From contig CBFGJZ010000001.1 in assembly GCA_965649215.1 (NCBI GenBank), forward strand, positions 129,549 to 163,782: a DNA stretch of 34,234 bases, read 5' to 3'. Positions 26,889 through 34,234 of the stretch are shown here, piece by piece. Below the pieces are notes generated by a model. The model did no database searches. It was not told where the DNA came from and saw nothing but the letters and a program-made list of their open reading frames with translations. The DNA is from a candidate division WOR-3 bacterium (GTDB taxonomy: Bacteria > Hydrothermota > Tepidihabitantia > Tepidihabitantales > CAIPLT01). A program made the translations under genes and the position numbers. Each line of letters begins with the position of its first letter. Positions within the stretch are counted from its first letter, which is position 1.

Positions 26889-28610
26889 TCATTGGTTCAT
26901 GGTTAAGAGATTAGCATTGGGTTTGTAATGGGGATTGTCAAGTTGGATAATCTGTTCTGCAATCGAGCGATATAAGGGACAAGTTACTTCACCCGCGAAA
27001 CGTGAGATTTTAGGTTCGTCAATCATGACGGCAATGAGATATTTCGGATTTTCTTTAGGGAAGAAGCCAATAAAAGTCATAACCGAACGGGTTGCAGAAT
27101 AAGTGCCATTCGGTTCGATTTTTTGAGCAGTGCCGGTTTTGCCACAGACTTGAAAGCCACTTAACGCAGCAGCGCGACCAGTGCCTTGATTTACAACACC
27201 AGCAAGAATTTCTTTGATAATTTGAGCATTTTCAGAGGACAGGACTCGTCGAACTACCGTCCGTTTATTACACATAACAACTTTATTTTGATTACGAATT
27301 TCTTTAACCAGATAGGGTTTTAAGAGTTCACCATCATTTGCAATGCTCAGATAAGCCATAGCTAATTGTAAGAGGGTGACCCGCACACCTTGACCAAACG
27401 CAATATTAGCAAAACGGAGCGGTTTTAGGTTTGCGGGTTTATCAATGTAACCCGCTGCTTCACCAGGCAGTTCAATACCTGTTGGCATACCAAAACCAAA
27501 TTCACGTTGTTTTAAGAAAAAGTCTTTTGGTGAGACAAGTTGCGAAAGGAGACTAACACCAATATTTGATGATTTTATAAAGATCCCAGGAAAATCTAGG
27601 ATACCATTGTTATGGACATCTTTAATCTTTTTTCCAGAAATGGTAATAAAGCCATTAGAGACATCGTATTTTTGATTGATTAATAAATCGCGGTTAGGTG
27701 ATTCTAACGCAGTAGCACAGATAAGTAATTTATAAACTGAACCGGGTTCAAATTCATCTGAGATGGACGCTGCTTTCCATAACTCTTGAGAAAATTGGGT
27801 TGGTTGGTGTGGATCATAATCAGGATATTCTGCTAAAGCCAACAAAGCGGCATCTTGGGCATTTAAGACAATGACTTGCCCACGCAGGGCTTTAAACCGA
27901 TTGACATAGTTAGCCAGTTCACGATAAGCAATGTCTTGAATATCTAAATTAATCGTTAAAACAATATCTTGACCATTGATTGGTTTTTTGGTGGGATAAG
28001 ATGACCAAGCAAAATTATTACCACTGGCGTCTTTCTGTAAGACAATATAGCCTTCAGTGCCTTTTAAGATTGAATCGTAACGATACTCAATGCCCGCCAG
28101 GCCAGCTTCGTCGCCGACAAAACCTGTGACACTGGCTAAAATCTCACTGAACGGGTAGATGCGTCTAATCGCATCCGCAACAATCACGCTATTGTCAAAT
28201 TTGCATTTACGCAGTTTTTGTTTTAAGGAACAGGCAACTTGATAGTCAATGTTTTTCTTAAACCAATACAGGCTTCGGCGAGTTCTGAGTTCGTGTAAGA
28301 TTTCATTTTTGGGTTTTAAGTTATATTGGGCTAAAAGATTAGCTACACTGTCAATCGCTGAAGGACGCACATATTGAGGTAAGATGCGTATCGAAGCAGT
28401 CATTTGATTGTAAACAATAGGCCGATCTTGACAATCAAAAATCTTACCCCGTTCCGCCAGTAAAGGGAGTTGAAAGGTGTGTTGTGATTCCGCCATTTGT
28501 TCATATTGTTTAGCTTCAAAAGTTTCAAGATAAAAAACATATAAGGCGATAATACAAAAGATGACCGATAAAATAATTTTCACAATTTTGATCCTTTTAT
28601 CGCTATTCAT
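26889..28610 (-). CDS. ftsI: Class B penicillin-binding protein (FtsI/PBP3)
   Basis: N-terminal TM, RGKIFD, SxxK (PGSVYK), SxN (KSSN), KTG (GKTGTAQ); position in the dcw cluster. Confidence 0.92.
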   Translation of the reverse strand: MNSDKRIKIVKIILSVIFCIIALYVFYLETFEAKQYEQMAESQHTFQLPLLAERGKIFDCQDRPIVYNQMTASIRILPQYVRPSAIDSVANLLAQYNLKPKNEILHELRTRRSLYWFKKNIDYQVACSLKQKLRKCKFDNSVIVADAIRRIYPFSEILASVTGFVGDEAGLAGIEYRYDSILKGTEGYIVLQKDASGNNFAWSSYPTKKPINGQDIVLTINLDIQDIAYRELANYVNRFKALRGQVIVLNAQDAALLALAEYPDYDPHQPTQFSQELWKAASISDEFEPGSVYKLLICATALESPNRDLLINQKYDVSNGFITISGKKIKDVHNNGILDFPGIFIKSSNIGVSLLSQLVSPKDFFLKQREFGFGMPTGIELPGEAAGYIDKPANLKPLRFANIAFGQGVRVTLLQLAMAYLSIANDGELLKPYLVKEIRNQNKVVMCNKRTVVRRVLSSENAQIIKEILAGVVNQGTGRAAALSGFQVCGKTGTAQKIEPNGTYSATRSVMTFIGFFPKENPKYLIAVMIDEPKISRFAGEVTCPLYRSIAEQIIQLDNPHYKPNANLLTMNQ

Positions 28611-28612
28611 AA

Positions 28613-28900
28613 TTAATGATGCGTCGGATTTGCAACTAAAATATCTTGGTTTTGGGCGCTCTGAGGCAGAGGACAGTTTTTAGTACTAATTAAATTGAGT
28701 TTTTGCGCTGATTCTTGTAAGTTCGAAAAGAGAAAAGTTTTAGCACATTCAGTTTTCAGAGCCATGAGTTCTTCAGAAATCAGTTGTTTGGTCTTCTGGA
28801 GTTCTACAATTTCTTGGGTCATTCGGACACTGACGCGGTGTTGAGCTAAATAGAGAAGAGCAATAATCGCAATTGCAATCGTCGTGAGAATCGCCTTCAT
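28613..28900 (-). CDS. ftsL: Probable cell division protein FtsL
   Basis: 95 aa, single TM followed by a heptad coiled coil; located between rsmH and ftsI. Call is mainly positional. Confidence 0.7.
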   Translation of the reverse strand: MKAILTTIAIAIIALLYLAQHRVSVRMTQEIVELQKTKQLISEELMALKTECAKTFLFSNLQESAQKLNLISTKNCPLPQSAQNQDILVANPTHH

Positions 28901-29808
28901 AATTTAATTTTTTCTACTGCTCGCAGATGGGCACTGCGGGCTTTGGGGTTAAGTTTTATTTCTTTTGCGGTGGCTCTTAGCGGTTTTTTTGTAAGCACTT
29001 TAACAAGCCCTGCCTTTTCTGCGTCACGCAGCGTGCGTTTGGCAATCCGGTCTTCTAAAGAATGATAACTAATCACAACTAAATGAGCGCAAGGTGCCAT
29101 CAGGGTAAGAGCTTTGTTGAGTGCAATTTTAAGATTGTCCAATTCTTGATTTACATAAATACGCAGCGCTTGAAAGACCCGAGCCAAGGTTTTATTGAGA
29201 TAACGAGCGGGCATAACTTTACTGATAATTTCTGCTAAATCGGTGGTGCTATTTAACTGAAAGCGATATTGGTAAATTGCACGGGCAATCTTACGCGCAG
29301 AGCGTTCTTCACCATATTCGGCAATAATCTTGGCTAATTCGTATTGAGAAGTTTGTTGTAAGATATCCCGGGCTTTAGGAATCGGATTAGTTGCATCAAA
29401 ACGCATATCCAAAGGACCACTGACCTGAAAAGAAAAACCCCGTGATGGTTCGGATAATTGATGTGAAGAAACACCTAAATCAAATAAAATACCGGCCAGT
29501 TCATATTTAGGAAACTTCTTTACAATCTCGTCAAGTTGAGTGTAGTTGCAATGAAAAAGATATAAGTTAGGATAACGGCTTAAATGTTTATGGACATAAG
29601 ATATGGCATCCGGGTCAAGATCTAAACCAATAACAATGCCATTGCTAATTTCATTAAGCATAATTTGCGTATGACCACCACCACCTAAGGTTGCATCAAT
29701 AAACATTGCGTTTTTGTTTTTCGTTAACGGATTAAGGGTAATCAGATATTTCAATACTTCATCGGTCATGACGGGTATGTGAAAAGGGGCATGATTGTTC
29801 TCAGTCAT
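28897..29808 (-). CDS. rsmH: 16S rRNA C1402 N4-methyltransferase
   Basis: HIPVM, DATLGGGGH, DLGVSSHQL, RGFSF, PLDMR, ISYHSLEDR. Start taken at ATG 29808, overlapping the mraZ stop. Confidence 0.97.
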   Translation of the reverse strand: MTENNHAPFHIPVMTDEVLKYLITLNPLTKNKNAMFIDATLGGGGHTQIMLNEISNGIVIGLDLDPDAISYVHKHLSRYPNLYLFHCNYTQLDEIVKKFPKYELAGILFDLGVSSHQLSEPSRGFSFQVSGPLDMRFDATNPIPKARDILQQTSQYELAKIIAEYGEERSARKIARAIYQYRFQLNSTTDLAEIISKVMPARYLNKTLARVFQALRIYVNQELDNLKIALNKALTLMAPCAHLVVISYHSLEDRIAKRTLRDAEKAGLVKVLTKKPLRATAKEIKLNPKARSAHLRAVEKIKL

Positions 29809-30298
29809 TTTTGAGTTCGGCAATGTGTAAATTTTTACTCTCTTCTAAATATTTTCCAAGATTTTCTAAATCTGAGAGGTAATGCTCGCTGGCTGATGCG
29901 AAATAGCGCTCAAAGTTTTCTGGCTGCCAGATTTCAAAATAGTTACCGACTCCGGCAATGATCGCTTCGGATTTTAATTCGGCATATTGTTTATAGGGGG
30001 CAGGTAAGAGAATCCGACCTTGAAAGTCAATTTGGACAATTACAACATTGGCTTGCAGATAGCGACGAATCCGTAACGAGTCTTCTTTAAAGCGAGAAAG
30101 CTTCAAAAGAATATCGTCTTCAAATTTTTCCCATTCAATTAAAGGATGGACTTCAATCGTACGGTCTCGCCCTTTATTTAAAATTAACTCATGCTTAGAT
30201 TTAGCGGGCAAAATCTTACGAAATACATTCGGAATTGCAATCCTACCCTTACTATCAACTGCATGTTTGTAATAGCCACGAAAACGATTATTTATCAT
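29801..30298 (-). CDS. mraZ: Transcriptional regulator MraZ
   Basis: Two DxxGR repeats (VDSKGRIAIP, IDFQGRILLP) and FEIW; first gene of the dcw cluster. Confidence 0.95.
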   Translation of the reverse strand: MINNRFRGYYKHAVDSKGRIAIPNVFRKILPAKSKHELILNKGRDRTIEVHPLIEWEKFEDDILLKLSRFKEDSLRIRRYLQANVVIVQIDFQGRILLPAPYKQYAELKSEAIIAGVGNYFEIWQPENFERYFASASEHYLSDLENLGKYLEESKNLHIAELKND

Positions 30299-30300
30299 AA

Positions 30301-30328
30301 TTCACCACGATTCACCACTTTTCACCAC
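30301..30328 (-). promoter_or_regulatory. MraZ binding boxes (3 x GTGGTGAA, 10-bp period)
   Basis: ttcaccac at 30301, 30311 and 30321 on the + strand; matches the GTGG-N6 direct-repeat MraZ operator architecture. Confidence 0.88.
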
Positions 30329-30355
30329 TATATCGGAAAAACGGCATTTTGTCAA
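30327..30355 (-). promoter_or_regulatory. Sigma70-type dcw promoter
   Basis: TTGACA (30355-30350), 17 nt, TATAGT (30332-30327), overlapping the first MraZ box. Confidence 0.8.
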
Positions 30356-30517
30356 GTGAAAAAAATATCTCCTAAAATCTTGTAATATATTGAAAATGTT
30401 TAACTTATAATTAATGAAATAATCTCTTTCTATAAGGTGGTGATTTTATAAATAGGGGTGTGAAAAATAGTTAAAATTCAGTTTGGAAAATGATTGTTTG
30501 ATTGTTTGGAGTGTAAC

Positions 30518-30949
30518 TTATTGGTTATAGATTTTACTGGCGAGGTAAGTAATAAAAATGGCAACGATTATACGAGGGACTGTAATCCAAAAGAGATTAG
30601 CGCCAATTGCTAAAAATAAGCCCGTGTCTTCAAAGAGCGCGTGGCACATACCTAAAAAGATAGCGATTAAAAAGACTTGTTTGGGATTGATATGCTGTTC
30701 TTTGATTAAGTCATCAATAATGCCAGCGCCATAGATAATGCCTAACACAATGCCTGTTACAAGGGGCGCTGCGCTATCTGATTTTAAGCCGAGCCATTTG
30801 ATTGGTTTACCAATGGTTTTGTCGGCTTTATCAATCAAGCCAACTTTTTTAACGATTTCTAACAAGATAAAGACCAAGAATAGAATAATAAAAGTTTTGA
30901 GACTTAAATTAAAAATGCCATTAAGATATTTAGTGATGATTGGTATCAT
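30518..30949 (-). CDS. Nucleoside-recognition (gate) domain membrane protein, second of pair
   Basis: Hydrophobic; PLVTGIVLGIIYGAGII and FLGMCHALFEDTGLF; ATGA overlap with its partner. Confidence 0.8.
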   Translation of the reverse strand: MIPIITKYLNGIFNLSLKTFIILFLVFILLEIVKKVGLIDKADKTIGKPIKWLGLKSDSAAPLVTGIVLGIIYGAGIIDDLIKEQHINPKQVFLIAIFLGMCHALFEDTGLFLAIGANLFWITVPRIIVAIFITYLASKIYNQ

Positions 30950-31374
30950 AAGCGTGCGTAGATTAAGCCCATAATGATTGCAACTATTAATCGCAGTAAT
31001 AAGATTAAGAGATATTTAGTTTTCAGCCGAAAGAGAATTGATGTTTCTAAAACTTGGCTGTGGGAGATTAAGAGCATAATTGCCAAAGTCGTGATTTGTT
31101 GAGAATTTAAGCCTAATTGGGGAATGACGGCAATGCCTGCATAGATATTAATAAAATTGCCTAAAATGAATGCCAGAGCACTTTCACCAGGCAGATTGAA
31201 GTATTTCATTGCGGGTGCCACAAAATTGCCAAAGATTCGTAACAAGGGAGTGAGTGATAGAATATAGATAATGGTATAGACAGGCAGGACGATTTTCATA
31301 AGACTTATAAAAGTGCGGACAGTTCGTTTGAGTGCTGAGAAAAGATGTTCTTTGATAATTAAAAGAAATTTCAT
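30946..31374 (-). CDS. Nucleoside-recognition (gate) domain membrane protein, first of pair
   Basis: APAMKYFNLPGESA, NIYAGIA, MLLISHSQVLE; directly abuts the uvrB stop. Confidence 0.8.
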   Translation of the reverse strand: MKFLLIIKEHLFSALKRTVRTFISLMKIVLPVYTIIYILSLTPLLRIFGNFVAPAMKYFNLPGESALAFILGNFINIYAGIAVIPQLGLNSQQITTLAIMLLISHSQVLETSILFRLKTKYLLILLLRLIVAIIMGLIYARL

Positions 31375-33399
31375 TTAGTTGCGTTTTAGTTTTTTCTTGA
31401 GCGGCAGGATTTCGTGGTCGGCGATTTCTTGGCGGAGTTTTTTAATACGGTCGCGTAAGAGGGCGGCTTTTTCAAATTCGAGTTTACTTGCTGCATCGTG
31501 CATGGCTTGAGTGAGTTTTGCTAAGAGTTCAACTTTATTTTGGGTAGTATTTTCTAACTGGGCGATTTCATCTTGGTCAGTTTTCGCATCGGTTTTTTGG
31601 TCCGCGACGACCGTCGTTTGTAAGACTTGGTCAATTGATTTCTTGATACTCTGTGGTGTAATCTTATGTTTTAAGTTATAGTCTAATTGTTTTTTTCTTC
31701 GGCGTGCACATTCACTTAAAGCGTTTTTAATCGATTTAGTGATTTTGTCCGCATACAAGATAACCATCCCTGAGACATTACGAGCAGCACGGCCTGCGGT
31801 TTGTATCAAACTCCGTTCGTCCCGTAGAAATCCTTCTTTGTCCGCATCTAAAATTGCGACTAAGGAAACTTCGGGCAGGTCTAATCCTTCGCGGAGCAAG
31901 TTAATACCAACTAAAACATCAAATTCACCAAGTCGTAAACCCCGTAAGATTTCCATCCGTTCGATCGCATCAATTTCCGAATGGAGATAACGGACGCGTA
32001 GTCCCATTTCACTTAAGTATTCGGCTAAATCTTCAGCCATACTTTTGGTCAGGGTGGTTACTAAAACTCGTTCTTTTTTTACAATTCGTTTGCGAATCTC
32101 ATTGATTAGGTCATCAACTTGATTTTCAGTTGGTCGAACGACCATTTCGGGGTCAACTAAACCGGTTGGTCGGACAATTTGTTCGGTTACTTGATAATTA
32201 CTCATGCGCAATTCAAATTCAGATGGTGTTGCTGAGGTAAAGATACATTGATTGATTAAAGATAGAAACTCATCAAATTTTAAAGGTCGGTTGTCTAAAG
32301 CAGAAGGCAGGCGAAACCCATATTCCACTAAAGTCATTTTACGAGCCCGGTCACCATTATACATTCCGATAATTTGTGGTATGGTTTGATGGGATTCGTC
32401 AATCACCATTAGATAATCTTGGGGAAAATAGTCAAGCAGACAATAGGGACGAGTGTTTGGTGCTCGGCCCGAGAGATGGCGTGAATAGTTTTCAATACCC
32501 GGACAATAACCAAATTCTTGGAGCATTTCAATATCAAAGCGGGTGCGGGATTGTAAGCGTTGGGCTTCTAGGAGTTTATTTTGACTTTTCAGTTCGGCTA
32601 ATCGTTGGCTGAGTTCGGCTTCGATCGAGGCGATGGCTCGTTCAATACGACTTTGCGATGTGACAAAGTATTTGGCCGGATAGAGATTGATACGATCTTT
32701 GCTTTCTTGGGTTGTGTTGGTTAAGATGTCAAAGATGGTAATTTTAACGAGTTCTTGATTATCAAAGAAGAGACGCACTCCGTAATCACGATGCGAAGGA
32801 TGGATTTCTAAGATATCACCGCGTAAGCGAAAGCAGGAGCGTTTGAGTTCTAAATCGTTGCGTTGATATTGCATTAAAACCAGTTTTTCAATAATCTCAT
32901 CTCGGGTGAGTTTGGTTTTTAAGTCTAAGGGGAGTAAGTGTTCTTGGTATTCTTCGGGTTCACCGAGATTATAGATACACGAGACCGAAGCAACAATTAT
33001 GACATCGCGGCGCTCAATTAAACTGGATGCAGCACGAATGCGCAGTTGTTCAATCTCTTCATTGATCGAGGCATCTTTTTCAATATATAAGTCCATTTCC
33101 GGAACATAGGCTTCAGGTTGGTAATAGTCATAATAAGAGATAAAGAATTCAACAGCGTTATCAGGAAAGAATTGTTTGAACTCACCATAGAGTTGGGCGG
33201 CTAAAGTTTTATTATGAGAAATAATGATGGTCGGACGATTAATTTGGGCAATGACATTGGCAATCGTAAAAGTTTTACCTGAACCGGTGACCCCAAGCAG
33301 AGTTTGAAACTTTTTATTTTCTTGTAAGCCTTGGACTAATTGTCTTATGGCTTGGGGTTGGTCACCAGCGGGTTTGAATGGTGCTTTTAAACGAAACAT
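31375..33399 (-). CDS. uvrB: Excinuclease ABC subunit B
   Basis: PAGDQP, GVTGSGKTFT, YYDYYQPEAY, DESH, GINLLREGLD, C-terminal UVR motif LEFEKAALLRD. Confidence 0.99.
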   Translation of the reverse strand: MFRLKAPFKPAGDQPQAIRQLVQGLQENKKFQTLLGVTGSGKTFTIANVIAQINRPTIIISHNKTLAAQLYGEFKQFFPDNAVEFFISYYDYYQPEAYVPEMDLYIEKDASINEEIEQLRIRAASSLIERRDVIIVASVSCIYNLGEPEEYQEHLLPLDLKTKLTRDEIIEKLVLMQYQRNDLELKRSCFRLRGDILEIHPSHRDYGVRLFFDNQELVKITIFDILTNTTQESKDRINLYPAKYFVTSQSRIERAIASIEAELSQRLAELKSQNKLLEAQRLQSRTRFDIEMLQEFGYCPGIENYSRHLSGRAPNTRPYCLLDYFPQDYLMVIDESHQTIPQIIGMYNGDRARKMTLVEYGFRLPSALDNRPLKFDEFLSLINQCIFTSATPSEFELRMSNYQVTEQIVRPTGLVDPEMVVRPTENQVDDLINEIRKRIVKKERVLVTTLTKSMAEDLAEYLSEMGLRVRYLHSEIDAIERMEILRGLRLGEFDVLVGINLLREGLDLPEVSLVAILDADKEGFLRDERSLIQTAGRAARNVSGMVILYADKITKSIKNALSECARRRKKQLDYNLKHKITPQSIKKSIDQVLQTTVVADQKTDAKTDQDEIAQLENTTQNKVELLAKLTQAMHDAASKLEFEKAALLRDRIKKLRQEIADHEILPLKKKLKRN

Positions 33400-33465
33400 A
33401 TTAAAAGTTAAGACCGAACATCAATAAATTTGTATGACAATTTTATCTGCGTCGTGAGTTGTTTG

Positions 33466-33894
33466 TTAATGCGATGCTAAATCTAAGAGATTTAAGCCTA
33501 AATTAGGATCGGCTTTGCGTTGTAATTTCATTTCCAGCGGGAAGAGGATAATTTCACAAGTTGCGCCAACTAGACCTTGAAAAAGATGACCGGCATAAGC
33601 GATAAAATTATCTGCGGCAATGGTTAAATGGATATGGATAATCGGATCTGTAGAAAGATATGAAATATTACCGATCAGCGATGAGATTTCGTATTCTTCA
33701 ACAAAAGTGCGTTTGTGATAGATTTTCTGTTTAGTGTCATAATATCCTAAAATCAGGTTTTTAATTGTACCTAAACCAAAGAAAAAGGCAGACTTAATCT
33801 TTTTATCAATGACAAAATCTTTAAGGGTTGTGATAATCTCTTCGTTCAGTTCTAATCGTAAAATATAAGCATTTTTAGTCTTTAAGTATTGCAT
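33466..33894 (-). CDS. PPC/DUF296 domain protein
   Basis: ILRLELNEEI, EISSLIGNIS, IHIHLT, AGHL, TCEI. Confidence 0.9.
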   Translation of the reverse strand: MQYLKTKNAYILRLELNEEIITTLKDFVIDKKIKSAFFFGLGTIKNLILGYYDTKQKIYHKRTFVEEYEISSLIGNISYLSTDPIIHIHLTIAADNFIAYAGHLFQGLVGATCEIILFPLEMKLQRKADPNLGLNLLDLASH

Positions 33895-33900
33895 AATTAG

Positions 33901-33928
33901 ATTGTAATTGGTAGGTCTTAAAAGTCAA
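33901..33928 (-). promoter_or_regulatory. Sigma70-type leaderless promoter for the DUF296 gene (possibly also uvrB)
   Basis: TTGACT (33928-33923), 16 nt, TACAAT (33906-33901), 6 nt to ATG 33894. Confidence 0.65.
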
Positions 33929-33938
33929 CAGTAAAAAT

Positions 33939-34026
33939 TAAGATTGCTTCGGTCGCTTTGCTCCTTCGCAAAGACGAAAGATTGATTGTCATTGTGCTGT
34001 TGCCGAAAGGCAACCCTGGCAATCTT
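33939..34026. repeat. Inverted pair of REP/RPE-like units, same family as 6824-6960
   Basis: taagattgcttcggtcgctttgctccttcgcaaagacga (33939-77) nearly matches 6825-6862. Its partner gtcattg...ggcaatctt (33988-34026) contains the hairpin gttgcc-gaaa-ggcaac. Confidence 0.85.
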
Positions 34027-34234
34027 GCCGAGGGTAAGAAAAGATATGCTACAAAGATATAAATAAAATAAGGACAGAGAGATGATTTTTTCTCTCTTCG
34101 TATCTGAGAATTACCACTTGCTTATAGTGTTTATTTTTGTATAATTTCGCATAAATGGTTGACAAGACACCAAAATATCTTGATAGCGATGCTGAGTGTG
34201 TGAAGCGTGCTTTACAGAAGGAAGTGAATGCCTA

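Noticed and set aside
34076-34097. AGAGAGA/TCTCTCT hairpin as a terminator
   Set aside because: Weak stem, no U tract after it, and it lies between divergent promoters.
34217-34234. AAGGAAG followed by ATG CCT A at the window end, possibly a gene start (MPT..., rpsL-like); TTGACA at 34159
   Set aside because: Only two codons are visible and no convincing -10 box; it cannot be supported.

Overview
AT-rich bacterial chromosomal window, mostly housekeeping genes, from a probably anaerobic diderm lineage. The gene set resembles candidate phyla such as WOR-3, but that is an impression and not a database result. Left to right: (1) a + strand operon gcvH(partial)-gcvPA-[Cys-rich small protein]-gcvPB-[conserved hypothetical]-long GlmL/MutL-like ASKHA ATPase-serS; (2) a repeat-filled spacer and a class II aldolase; (3) a - strand lipoprotein plus secreted beta-rich protein; (4) a - strand three-gene module of two Fe-S reductase/dehydratase subunits and an ATP-dependent activase, homologous to plasmalogen synthase/glycerol-ester reductase, set back-to-back with pilT-plsY-gpsA-merR-SPFH; (5) a compact - strand dcw cluster (mraZ to ftsZ) with MraZ boxes but no murF, ddl or ftsQ; (6) two gate-domain membrane proteins, uvrB and a DUF296/PPC gene. 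The best candidates for new biology are the split PlsAR/Ger-like system next to plsY/gpsA and the orphan GlmL module in the glycine-cleavage operon. Also notable are a doubly ATGA-coupled 21-codon ORF, a dispersed palindromic REP-like family and apparently leaderless promoters. No rRNA, tRNA, CRISPR array or transposase was seen. Family names are from motif recognition only; no searches were run.
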